Of a DNA stretch of 64,000 bases, positions 35,963 through 44,813 are shown piece by piece. Every line of letters begins with the position of its first letter. Position 1 is the first letter of the stretch. The DNA comes from Sumerlaeia bacterium (GTDB taxonomy: Bacteria; Sumerlaeota; Sumerlaeia; SLMS01; JAHLLQ01): positions 1 through 64,000 of the forward strand of contig JAVJSW010000008.1 in NCBI GenBank assembly GCA_040219255.1, written 5' to 3'. The notes below the pieces were generated by a model. The model was not told the origin of the DNA. It did no database searches and saw nothing but the letters and a program-made list of their open reading frames with translations. A program made the translations under genes and the position numbers.

Positions 35963-38062
35963 TTACTCCCAGAGCCAAGGGGTGAAGAACCCCGCGATGA
36001 TAAGGCCGGCAAAGACCATCACCCAAATGAAGGGCAGTGTTTTCCACATCAGTTTTTGCACATCGACGCGCAGTTCGTTGGCGAGCCAGACGTTGTGGGT
36101 GTTGGTCGGATCGCAGACGCCCTGGACCTGGCCCACGACAAGGAGCATCGCCATGGCGGCGGCAGCGGGCAACATGGTGGACATCACCGCGACAAGGGCC
36201 AGCCCGAGCCCCCAGGTGTTCAAGGGACCGCGATAGAGCGCCAGCGGCGCCGCGATGCCAAAAATCAAGACGTAGCTGAACGGATTCTGCGGAATGACTA
36301 CGCGGAGAATGGGCTCGATGGCGGCTGCGATGGGCCAATCGGCACCCCCGTGCATCTCGCTCCACCCCGCCGGTCCGATCACGGACCGGATCAGGATACC
36401 GATGCCGACGAAGAGAAGAACCGCTGGCAGCACCGCCGCGCTGCCTTGGAACAGGCTCTGAATCAGCAGGCTGATACTGCCGGGCCGCGCCGTGGCCAGG
36501 AACGCATACGCAATTCCGAAAAGAAACGCCGGAATCGGATCGACGCTGAAGACCATGATGAGGACCAGCGGAATCACCGGGATCAAGTACGCATACCACT
36601 TCACCGTAACCACCTGATGGCGCCAGCGCGGAATGCGTTTCCAAACGTCGGCGAGAGCCAGCAAGAGTATGAGCAGAATCGCGAGGCCGAAGACCGCCTT
36701 GCTGGCCAGAACCACTACGGAAGCTTGCTCGCGATCGGCGAAAGTCCATCCGGAAAACTCCAGCGTCAACGCGTTCGGCAATGGCGCATCCGGGTCGGGC
36801 GTAAAGGCCACGACAACCGATCGCACGTCGGCCAGGACTTGCTGGTCCAACTCGGACAAGTCCTTGTCGAGCACGATGCCCGCGTTGGGCTTGCTAATGG
36901 CGCCGCGCACGATGGCGGTTTGGCCATTCGCGCCGTTGAGACGGAACTGGATATCGCCCTTCGCGGTGCCCTGATAATGGATTTTCAACAGGTCCCACTT
37001 GGACCAGTCGGCCTCGAAAAATGCTTCGGCGGTTTCTTCATCGACGGAGTCGCGGCGAATTTCCAGCACGTCCATCGTGTTTGACATGGGCTGACGCACA
37101 TGGACCACAAGGCGGCCGGGAAGTTGGAGGTTTTCCGCTTCGTAAAGCTCGAGTTCCGGCGCGGGATCGCCGGCGCCGAGGCCCTGCACGTTGGAAGAAC
37201 CGATGGCTTCGGCGCTCAGGGCCTGCCGAGCCTCGATCCCCGGCGGGGCGAGATAGGCCATGGCGTCTCCGCTCGCGAGCGGCAACGAAGCGCTGTCCGG
37301 ACCGGCACCGTTGCCCATCAGTCGCGACAAACCGAAGATGGAGGCTCCGCCCACGACGAACGAAATCAACAAGACGAGCAGGATATGCCCGACATTTCGC
37401 GAGGCGCCACTCCGGTAAAGCTCCACGCCGACGAACACGATGCCCGTCAGCAGCATCAGGAAGAAAACGATGATCGCGAAGGACTTGACCTGATCCAGCG
37501 GAATGTTCAGCGGGGCCTGGGTGTAGAAGACCCAGTTGCCGGCGTTCATGACGCCGCCCAGGCTAAGGCCGATGAGAAAGATGCCGCCGGCGGTGGCGGG
37601 CTGGACGCCGACCGTCGCCAGCATGGGCAGAATCACCAGGGCTGTCATGATAATGGCACCCAGGCCGCCGATGCTGGTGAAGATGAAGGCGATCAGCAGC
37701 AGACTGAAAATGGAAACGGCGAGCGGGTTGTCCCCGATCAGTTCGGCCCCCTGCTTGACGAGGCTTTCCGCGGCGCCGCTCTTCTGCATGATGAAGCCGA
37801 TGACGCCGCCGAAGAACGCCACGAAGGCCGGCACGTAAAGCATGGTGGCGCCGTCTTTGAGAACGCCCGACAGAATGTCGATACCGCTGATCTGGGGCAG
37901 GTCGCCGGGGACGAGCAACTGCATCAGGGCGCCCGCCGAGACGATCGCCGCACCCATGAGCGGCAGCGTCAGCAGAGCGGGGAGCTTGCGGGTGATCATG
38001 CAGGCGGCGCCGATACCGAAGATGACCAGGACTGCGATCGCGATCAGAATTTCGTTAGCCAT
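35963..38062 (-). CDS. IT-superfamily (citrate/gluconate-type) transporter with a large extracytoplasmic insertion
   Basis: Multiple TMs; PLALYRGPLN.WG.G and CDPTNTHNVW motifs; hydrophilic segment of about 190 aa in the middle. Confidence 0.75.
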   Translation of the reverse strand: MANEILIAIAVLVIFGIGAACMITRKLPALLTLPLMGAAIVSAGALMQLLVPGDLPQISGIDILSGVLKDGATMLYVPAFVAFFGGVIGFIMQKSGAAESLVKQGAELIGDNPLAVSIFSLLLIAFIFTSIGGLGAIIMTALVILPMLATVGVQPATAGGIFLIGLSLGGVMNAGNWVFYTQAPLNIPLDQVKSFAIIVFFLMLLTGIVFVGVELYRSGASRNVGHILLVLLISFVVGGASIFGLSRLMGNGAGPDSASLPLASGDAMAYLAPPGIEARQALSAEAIGSSNVQGLGAGDPAPELELYEAENLQLPGRLVVHVRQPMSNTMDVLEIRRDSVDEETAEAFFEADWSKWDLLKIHYQGTAKGDIQFRLNGANGQTAIVRGAISKPNAGIVLDKDLSELDQQVLADVRSVVVAFTPDPDAPLPNALTLEFSGWTFADREQASVVVLASKAVFGLAILLILLLALADVWKRIPRWRHQVVTVKWYAYLIPVIPLVLIMVFSVDPIPAFLFGIAYAFLATARPGSISLLIQSLFQGSAAVLPAVLLFVGIGILIRSVIGPAGWSEMHGGADWPIAAAIEPILRVVIPQNPFSYVLIFGIAAPLALYRGPLNTWGLGLALVAVMSTMLPAAAAMAMLLVVGQVQGVCDPTNTHNVWLANELRVDVQKLMWKTLPFIWVMVFAGLIIAGFFTPWLWE

Positions 38063-38100
38063 AGGTAAGCCTTAACCGGAGCGAACTGAGAGCAATGGAC

Positions 38101-38128
38101 AAAAAAAACCCCGAGGTTGAAGTCGGGG
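38101..38128 (-). terminator. intrinsic terminator/attenuator after the pilin-like gene
   Basis: CCCCGA / TCGGGG stem next to A8 on the + strand. Confidence 0.6.
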
Positions 38129-38157
38129 CGAGAGATTAATCGGGATAAGAGGAGGCT

Positions 38158-38853
38158 TTAGCCGTTCGGGATGCCGCCCTGGAAGCGCCAGACGTCGCCG
38201 TCGCTCACGGTGCCGTTGGTCGGATCGTAGAGCATGAAGCGATCTTGGCCGCCGCCGAACATCTGGGCGGGTTCGAAATCGCCGTCGGGACCATAGCTGA
38301 TCAGGGTGTACGATCCGCGCTGATTCAGTTCGCCCGGCATGTTCTGCCAGACGGTGGCCGGAGGCTGGCCGCCGAAACCGCTGACCTTGGTGTTATCCGT
38401 GAAGGGCGAATCCCAGTAGGTGAAGGCGGGGAACTGCTTGTTCGGGCCCGGGGGCTCGGCCTGGGCCGGCGCGAAGGCATCGAAGGGGGCGCTGGTCAGG
38501 TAGGCGATGGGCGTCGTGATCCAAGAGTAGCGCTCGATGCGGGGGTTGATCTGGTTGCCGACGCGGCCTTCCACACCGGGGACCGTCGTGGTGCCGAATT
38601 GAATCGTGCCGGTGACGTTGCTCCAGCCCGGGTGGTACTTGTTGTTGTCCACCGCGTAGGATTCGACGGCGGTGGAGATGGTGCGCATGTCGGCCTTGGC
38701 GCGGCTGACTTTCGAGCGCACCTGGGCCTCGAGGAAGTTGGGAACGGCGATCGCCGCGAGAATGGCGATAATCGCCACCACGATCAGCAGTTCGATCAGG
38801 GTGAAGGCTTTGCCGGCGGAACCGGAGCCTGTGCGATGGAAGGGAAGGTTCAT
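38158..38853 (-). CDS. prepilin-type N-terminal cleavage/methylation protein (type IV pilin/pseudopilin)
   Basis: KA|FTLIELLIVVAIIAILAAIAVPNF; C-terminal SYGPDGD...YDPTNGTVSDGD; CAGGAG RBS. Confidence 0.92.
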   Translation of the reverse strand: MNLPFHRTGSGSAGKAFTLIELLIVVAIIAILAAIAVPNFLEAQVRSKVSRAKADMRTISTAVESYAVDNNKYHPGWSNVTGTIQFGTTTVPGVEGRVGNQINPRIERYSWITTPIAYLTSAPFDAFAPAQAEPPGPNKQFPAFTYWDSPFTDNTKVSGFGGQPPATVWQNMPGELNQRGSYTLISYGPDGDFEPAQMFGGGQDRFMLYDPTNGTVSDGDVWRFQGGIPNG

Positions 38854-38954
38854 GGAAGTCTCCTGTGGGTGCTGTGTCAGAGCCAGTGGATCATGAAGTG
38901 ATCGGATTGTGGAGGGACTTTCGCAAAACGTGAGACGAGTTGCAAGAGATTTAT

Positions 38955-38968
38955 TGCAACTGTTTGCA
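38955..38968. promoter_or_regulatory. LacI-type operator TGCAACTGTTTGCA
   Basis: About 100 bp upstream of the pilin start. Confidence 0.65.
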
Positions 38969-38986
38969 CTCTTTTTTTTCGACCCC

Positions 38987-40249
38987 CTATTTCTTTCGCG
39001 TCAAAAGAACCGCGTTGCCCACGAAACGCTCGCCTTGCGGGTCCGACGGGCGGTTCTTCAACTCGCCCTCGAGCACAAGGGCGCTGGACCCGCCACCGTC
39101 GAAATTGAGGGCTTCGCGGGCGTCGAGGACTTCCGTCGAAAAGCGCGCCAGTTCGTCGAAGGAAACGCCGACGCTGTAGCCTTCCTGCCGCCCGTCGATG
39201 ACCGCCAGGTACAGGTACTGCCGATCCCAAGCGGCGAGGCTGCGGGGGTGTCGCTTGCGGAAATCCTCGGCGTAGGTGGGCCATTGCTCGCGATAGGGTT
39301 CGCCGTCGCGGACGATGTAGCCCCCCATGTCCATCATCATGTCCGCCTGAGCCAGTTCAGGGGCGTCGTCGAAGACGTAAGCGATGGCGACGTCCACATC
39401 GGAAGAAAGCAGGGCGGCCTGGGAGCCACTGGCGGCGATCAGGACGCCGTCGCCGGGGATTTCGACGACGAGGTCGCCGCCTTCCTTGACGGAGACTTCG
39501 CCCAGAACGCCCGTGACCCGGCTGTTCGGGGCCACCGGCCCGCTGGTTCTGGTGACGCGGGCCACGGCCACGCCGGCCGGAACGATCAGCGTGTCGCCCC
39601 AGTCCTGGCTGTAGAGCCCGATGGCGTCTTCGCCCAAGTCCTCGTTCAGCACGTCAATACGCATTCGCGTTTCGTTTCCGAGGGTCAGCGTCGGGGTGGA
39701 CAGACGCGGGTCCATCAGCGCCAGCGGACGATTCGCTTTCGTCCAGACCAGCGTGGGCCAGTAAAGCTCCTCGCGGGAGACGCCGACCATTCGGCCTTCG
39801 GACGCCAACAAGCCGATGATGTCGTTCCCATGGCCGAAGAAACTGCCGTTGATGGCGGCGACGACATCGGTGCCTTCGGCGTTCAATTGCTCGTCATAGC
39901 GCTGGAAAATGCCGGTGGTGCGTTCCTTGATTTGCGACTCCCGTTCGCCGTAGGGATGGCCCACAATCAAATCGTAGCCCGGCTGTCGGAGATCGAGGCG
40001 CAGGACGTATGCTCTGATGGGACCAGGCAATTCGAGTTCGAAATAATCGAGGCCGGGGGCGATTTCCCGCAGCGGCTCGAAGGTGCTGAGAGCGGGAAAG
40101 CCATGGATTTCATCGGGCCCGAGTTCGGCGGGCACGTTGTCCGGATCGTTGACCAAATCCGTGTCGCGAAGCTCCTTGCCGGCGCTGGCGGTGGCCGGGG
40201 CGAAACCGGCCAGGAATACGGAGGCGAAAAGGGCGGATCGATGAATCAT
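38987..40249 (-). CDS. secreted phosphodiester glycosidase (NAGPA/DUF2233 family)
   Basis: AAINGSFF, RHPRS, VIDGRQ..YS.G and ALNFDGGGSS motifs; signal peptide. Confidence 0.88.
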   Translation of the reverse strand: MIHRSALFASVFLAGFAPATASAGKELRDTDLVNDPDNVPAELGPDEIHGFPALSTFEPLREIAPGLDYFELELPGPIRAYVLRLDLRQPGYDLIVGHPYGERESQIKERTTGIFQRYDEQLNAEGTDVVAAINGSFFGHGNDIIGLLASEGRMVGVSREELYWPTLVWTKANRPLALMDPRLSTPTLTLGNETRMRIDVLNEDLGEDAIGLYSQDWGDTLIVPAGVAVARVTRTSGPVAPNSRVTGVLGEVSVKEGGDLVVEIPGDGVLIAASGSQAALLSSDVDVAIAYVFDDAPELAQADMMMDMGGYIVRDGEPYREQWPTYAEDFRKRHPRSLAAWDRQYLYLAVIDGRQEGYSVGVSFDELARFSTEVLDAREALNFDGGGSSALVLEGELKNRPSDPQGERFVGNAVLLTRKK

Positions 40250-40333
40250 AGATGGGAGTTCTCTGTGGGAAAAGTGGGCGGCGGATGGGTTCTCCGCTGG
40301 ACACAGGCCGTGGCGGCCATTAGGACTTGAATG

Positions 40334-40347
40334 TGCAAATGGTTGCA
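40334..40347. promoter_or_regulatory. LacI-type operator TGCAAATGGTTGCA
   Basis: In the divergent region between the NAGPA gene and the ABC operon. Confidence 0.7.
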
Positions 40348-40401
40348 ATACGCATTTCCCTCCGCTCCAGGATGCCATCCCGAAAGGCCCACGTCAAGAC
40401 C

Positions 40402-41682
40402 ATGTCGATCCGTACAATGCTGATTTCCCTGCTCTTCGCCGCCTCCCTGGTCTTGGGAGGATGCGGTTCGCCCTCCACCGGACCGGAAAGTGACGGCGGC
40501 ACGACTATCACCTTCGTCACGATGCAGTTGCAGCCGACGTTCAACGACTACTTCGCCGATCTGATCGCGGAGTTCGAGAAGGAAAATCCGGGCGTGAAAA
40601 TCGACTGGGTGGATTATCCCTTCGCCAATTACGACACCAAGCTGCTGACCAACTTCCTGGGCCGCGACGTTCCGGACGTGGTGAATCTTTCGGCGGAGAA
40701 GCTTCCGATCTACGTCGATGGCGGGCACCTGGAACCGCTCGGCGAGCACCTGACGTCGGCCACGCTGGCGAGCTATGTGCCGAAACTTCTCGACGAAGGC
40801 GGCCGGCGCGACGGCAGCCTGTACGCGCTGCCTTGGTATTTTTCGACTTACATCACCTATTACAACACCGCTCTTCTCGAACAAGCGGGTCTCCCGGCGG
40901 AGCCGGTCGAGAGCTTGGATGACCTGCCGGAATTCGCCGCCGCGATCAAAGAAAAGACCGGCGAATTCGGCTTCTACCCCGCCTACACGGAAAACGGCGA
41001 GTTGAAGAATTGGCTCGTCCAAAGGGGCGTTCCGTTGATTTCCGAGGATGGCAAGAAGGCGGCCTTCAACACGCCGGAAGGCGTCGCGGTGCTCGCATTC
41101 TGGGCGGACCTGTACCAGGCCGACCTGGTGCCGAAAGAGTCGCTGATCGAAGGCCATCGCGCCGCCATGGCGATGTACAAGCGGGGCGAACTGGCGGTGC
41201 TGCGGCTGGGCCAGGAATTCGTCAGCCAGATCGAAAAAGACGCGCCAGACATCTTCGCGCAGACCATGGTGGCGCCCGAGCCCATCTGGCCCGAGGCGGA
41301 AAACAACGTGGTTTCCATGCACGTCGTGGCGGTGACGAAGCGCTCGGCGAACCCGGACGTAGCGGCGAAGTTCGCGGCCTTTGTGACGAACGCGGAGAAC
41401 CAACTCGAATTCTGCAAGAACGCGACGATCCTGCCGAGCAGCCAGGAAGCGCTCGCTTCGCCCTACTTCACCGAACCGGACGAGTCGCTGGCCTCGCAGG
41501 CCCGCGCCATCGCGGCGGCCCAGGCGGAAAACGGCGTGATCGTGCGCCTGCCCGAGCAAACCCAGGCCCTGCAGCGCGTCTTCGAAGACATCACGGAAAA
41601 GGTGGCTCGCGGCGCCATGAGCCCCGAGGAAGGCATCGCCGCGGCGGAGGAGCAGTGGAATGCGATCCTCGCCCGCGACTGA
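40402..41682 (+). CDS. sugar ABC transporter substrate-binding lipoprotein
   Basis: Lipobox LGGC; FEKENPGVKI, PDVV and LYALPWY motifs. Confidence 0.92.
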   Translation: MSIRTMLISLLFAASLVLGGCGSPSTGPESDGGTTITFVTMQLQPTFNDYFADLIAEFEKENPGVKIDWVDYPFANYDTKLLTNFLGRDVPDVVNLSAEKLPIYVDGGHLEPLGEHLTSATLASYVPKLLDEGGRRDGSLYALPWYFSTYITYYNTALLEQAGLPAEPVESLDDLPEFAAAIKEKTGEFGFYPAYTENGELKNWLVQRGVPLISEDGKKAAFNTPEGVAVLAFWADLYQADLVPKESLIEGHRAAMAMYKRGELAVLRLGQEFVSQIEKDAPDIFAQTMVAPEPIWPEAENNVVSMHVVAVTKRSANPDVAAKFAAFVTNAENQLEFCKNATILPSSQEALASPYFTEPDESLASQARAIAAAQAENGVIVRLPEQTQALQRVFEDITEKVARGAMSPEEGIAAAEEQWNAILARD

Positions 41683-42637
41683 GGCCCCGGCGCCGGAGGG
41701 CCTCCCCGACGGGCTGAAGCTCCAGCCCGCTCCCCCGCCGCCGAGGCGGGGCCTAAGCCCCCGCGCCCAGCAGATCCTGGTGGCTTATGGGTTCCTGCTG
41801 CCGGCGTTGGCGGTCGTCGGGATTTTCCAGTTTTATCCGATCATCCAGTCTCTCTTTTCCTCGTTCTACGAATACGGTCTCGCGGATCCGGGCGGCGGCG
41901 AGTATGTGGGCCTTGGCAATTACGACCGCCTTCTGCACGACGCCAATTTCTGGGCCGCCTTGAAAAACTCGCTGCTGTACCTGCTCGTGGTGCCGCTGAT
42001 TATCGGGCTCTCGCTGATGCTGGCGGCGCTGGTCGAGCCCAAAGTCCCCTTCATCGGATTCTTCCGCGCCTGCTATTACGTGCCGGTCATTACGACGATG
42101 GTGGTGGTGGCGCTGGTGTGGAAGTACCTCTTCCGGACCGATGGCGGCCTGATCAACGAATGGCTGGTGGGTTCGGGGTTGCTGGAGAACGGCGTGCCCT
42201 GGCTGGTGGATGAATCGTACGCGCTCTGGACGGTGATGTCGGTCACGATCTGGAAGGGCCTCGGCTATTACATGATCCTGTTCCTGGTGGCCTTGAAGGC
42301 GATCCCGAAGGAGCTGATGGAGGCCGCCCGCATCGACGGCGCGAACCCCGTGCAGACCTTCTTCGCGGTGAAGGTGCCCCTGCTCTGGCCAACGATTTCA
42401 CTGGTCTCCGTGCTGTCGAGCATCAGCGCCATTCAGGTTTTCGAAGAAATCTGGATCATGACTTCGGGGCGGTCCGGCACGGCGACGCTGGTGGTGGAGA
42501 TTTACCGCTACGGGTTCGAGGGCTTCGGCCGCGATCTGGGCTATGGCTGCGCCATGGGCGTGGTTCTGTTCGGGGTGGTCATGGCCTTTACGCTGGTCGC
42601 GCTGCGACTGATGCCGGGAGCTTTGAAGAATGAATAG
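41660..42637 (+). CDS. carbohydrate ABC transporter permease
   Basis: EAA loop IPKELMEAARIDGA; 6 TMs. Confidence 0.93.
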   Translation: MRSSPATEAPAPEGLPDGLKLQPAPPPPRRGLSPRAQQILVAYGFLLPALAVVGIFQFYPIIQSLFSSFYEYGLADPGGGEYVGLGNYDRLLHDANFWAALKNSLLYLLVVPLIIGLSLMLAALVEPKVPFIGFFRACYYVPVITTMVVVALVWKYLFRTDGGLINEWLVGSGLLENGVPWLVDESYALWTVMSVTIWKGLGYYMILFLVALKAIPKELMEAARIDGANPVQTFFAVKVPLLWPTISLVSVLSSISAIQVFEEIWIMTSGRSGTATLVVEIYRYGFEGFGRDLGYGCAMGVVLFGVVMAFTLVALRLMPGALKNE

Positions 42638-43487
42638 GCACCACCCCACGGCCCCGAGGCCGCCCAAATTCTTTGGCCCCAAAGCCGAGCTCGCAGCGCG
42701 CTACGCGGCCATGATCGCGCTGCTGGCCCTGTTCATTGGGCCGTTTGTCTGGATGACGTTGATCGCGCTGCAGGAAGGCGGCGCGGCCATGGACATCAGT
42801 CTGCGCCCGGCGGACATGACGCTGGAGAACTTCGCGGCCGTCTGGAAGAACTACGCCATCGGCCGGGCGTTTCTCAACAGCGTCCTGGTGGCGCTGGCGG
42901 TGGTGGCGCTGAACGTGGTGATCTGCTCGCTGGCGGCATATCCGCTGGCGCGGATGGATTTCCCCGGCAACAAGCTGATCTTCCTGCTGATCCTCAGCAC
43001 CCTGATGCTGCCGGTGCAGCTCTACATGATCCCGCTGTATGAGCTGGCGCTGGCGCTGCGGCTCGACGACACGCTGACGGCGGTGGTGCTGCCAGCGGCG
43101 GCGGGGGCGCTGGGGATCTACATCATCCGCCAGTACTACGCCACGATCCCGCGCGACCTGGAGGAAGCGGCCCGCATCGACGGCGCTAACGAATTCGCCA
43201 TCTGGTTCCGGGTGATGTTGCCTCTGACCAAGCCTGCTGTGGCGGCGATGGCGATTTTCGTCTTCGTCCAAAACTGGAGCAACTTCCTATGGCCGCTGAT
43301 CGTGCTCAAGAGCCAGGAGAAGTACACGCTGCCGCTGGCGCTCTTCGAGTTGGAGGGTGTTTTCGAGGCCAACACGCGCTACATCTACGCCGGGTCTTTC
43401 ATCGCCATCGCCCCGATTCTTCTCTTCTTCCTGTTCTTCCAGCGCTGGTTCCTGGGCGGGTTGAGTATGGGTGCGGTGAAGGGTTAA
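42630..43487 (+). CDS. carbohydrate ABC transporter permease
   Basis: IPRDLEEAARIDGA and W.NFLWPL motifs. Confidence 0.93.
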   Translation: MNRHHPTAPRPPKFFGPKAELAARYAAMIALLALFIGPFVWMTLIALQEGGAAMDISLRPADMTLENFAAVWKNYAIGRAFLNSVLVALAVVALNVVICSLAAYPLARMDFPGNKLIFLLILSTLMLPVQLYMIPLYELALALRLDDTLTAVVLPAAAGALGIYIIRQYYATIPRDLEEAARIDGANEFAIWFRVMLPLTKPAVAAMAIFVFVQNWSNFLWPLIVLKSQEKYTLPLALFELEGVFEANTRYIYAGSFIAIAPILLFFLFFQRWFLGGLSMGAVKG

Positions 43488-43607
43488 TTCGTCGCGAGCG
43501 GGGCGTTTTCGCTTGCCGGAATCGTTCCCCGCCTGAACCTTCGAAGGCTTGGCTCTCGATATTGCGAGCCCACAATTCCCCGGACGCCTCGGACAGGAGT
43601 TCTCCCC

Positions 43608-44801
43608 ATAAGTACCCGCCGCTCCCTCTTCGCCCTTCCCACGCTTGTCAGCATCCTGTGCGCCTCCGCCCTCCCCGCTCCCGTTCCGGACGACCTCGAC
43701 CAGCGGCTGCAAAGCGCCATTCCCGGCGAGGTCCTGCCGCTCGGCTTTTCCTCGACCGCAGCCATCCCAGCGCTGAACGCGTTCCCTGACCGGCTGGAGA
43801 CATCGGGGGGGTCCCTGATTTACTCAGACGATCCAGAAACGGTGCTGGGCGAAGGGGTGCTCTACGAAGCGAGCCTCGCCGCCGGCACGCATCGGCTTTA
43901 CCTCTACCATGTCAACGGGCTGACCGAGCCGATGCGGTTCCTGGCGGTGGCGTCGAACGCTGGGGACGGCAACGTGCGGTTCCGCATTCAGCGCGAGGCC
44001 CTCGAAGGCCCCTCGGCGAACTATCTCGCGGTCGGGAGGGCGGCGTCTGAGCGCTTCCTCGCGCCGCCGGTGCAGACGCTCGCCGGCGTGTTCGGACCCG
44101 GCGACGTGGGGCCCTTGGACAACGAACTGCTCGCCATCGCCGCCGCCCGCGATCAACTGGTCAACGGCATCTATCGCATCGAAACGGACGGCCCCATGCG
44201 GGTTACCGTGATGGCGCTGCGCCAAAGCACGCCGACCTTCCCCCTGCCGATGAACCTGCCACCGTCGGCCGACGACGGAGACAATCGCGAGGGGACCTTT
44301 GCCGGGACGACGCGGTCGGGCACCTATGCCTGGAGCACGGAGTCCGGCATGGCGCGCCTGCGCATTGGAGACGGGGGCGAATTCGAAACCGATCCGCCTC
44401 TGTCCGGCGTGGACGAAGAAGACGGCGCCGCGCGGCTCCTGCGGGGCAATTATGGGGTCGAGTACGCCATCGATGTCGATGTCTCCGCGCCCGATGGCCA
44501 GCGCTTTGCCGTGCTGCTCAACCCGCGCGGCGGGAACTATGGAGGAGCCGTCGAAACCACCTTCGGCCCCGGCCCGGCCGTCATGCAGCTCGTGCCCGAG
44601 GAGAGCCTCGTGGTTCCACCTACGACGGAGGCAGGCGTCGTGGGCATCTACGACCCCTTCACAGTGGCGGGCGATGCGGACCGCCTGACGATCCGCCTCA
44701 CGCCCGCGGGTGCGAGTTCCCTTGCGATCGATCTGCTCCTGGTGCCCTTCGGCGGCCCGCGCGAGAAGCCGCTGCCGCCAGCGGGGTGGATGCTCTACTG
44801 A
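43608..44801 (+). CDS. secreted uncharacterised protein with an ATA start codon, C-terminus PAGWMLY
   Basis: CAGGAG RBS, then ATA in frame with ORF 43842..44801; adds signal peptide (M)STRRSLFALPTLVSILCASALP and the conserved LIYSDDPE motif. Confidence 0.75.
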   Translation: MSTRRSLFALPTLVSILCASALPAPVPDDLDQRLQSAIPGEVLPLGFSSTAAIPALNAFPDRLETSGGSLIYSDDPETVLGEGVLYEASLAAGTHRLYLYHVNGLTEPMRFLAVASNAGDGNVRFRIQREALEGPSANYLAVGRAASERFLAPPVQTLAGVFGPGDVGPLDNELLAIAAARDQLVNGIYRIETDGPMRVTVMALRQSTPTFPLPMNLPPSADDGDNREGTFAGTTRSGTYAWSTESGMARLRIGDGGEFETDPPLSGVDEEDGAARLLRGNYGVEYAIDVDVSAPDGQRFAVLLNPRGGNYGGAVETTFGPGPAVMQLVPEESLVVPPTTEAGVVGIYDPFTVAGDADRLTIRLTPAGASSLAIDLLLVPFGGPREKPLPPAGWMLY

Positions 44802-44813
44802 GCGGAAGGTCCG

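Noticed and set aside
28108-35985. Long antisense ORFs (e.g. 28108..30300, 31461..32708, 34006..35985)
   Set aside because: They are shadow frames of high-GC genes with clear family motifs on the other strand.
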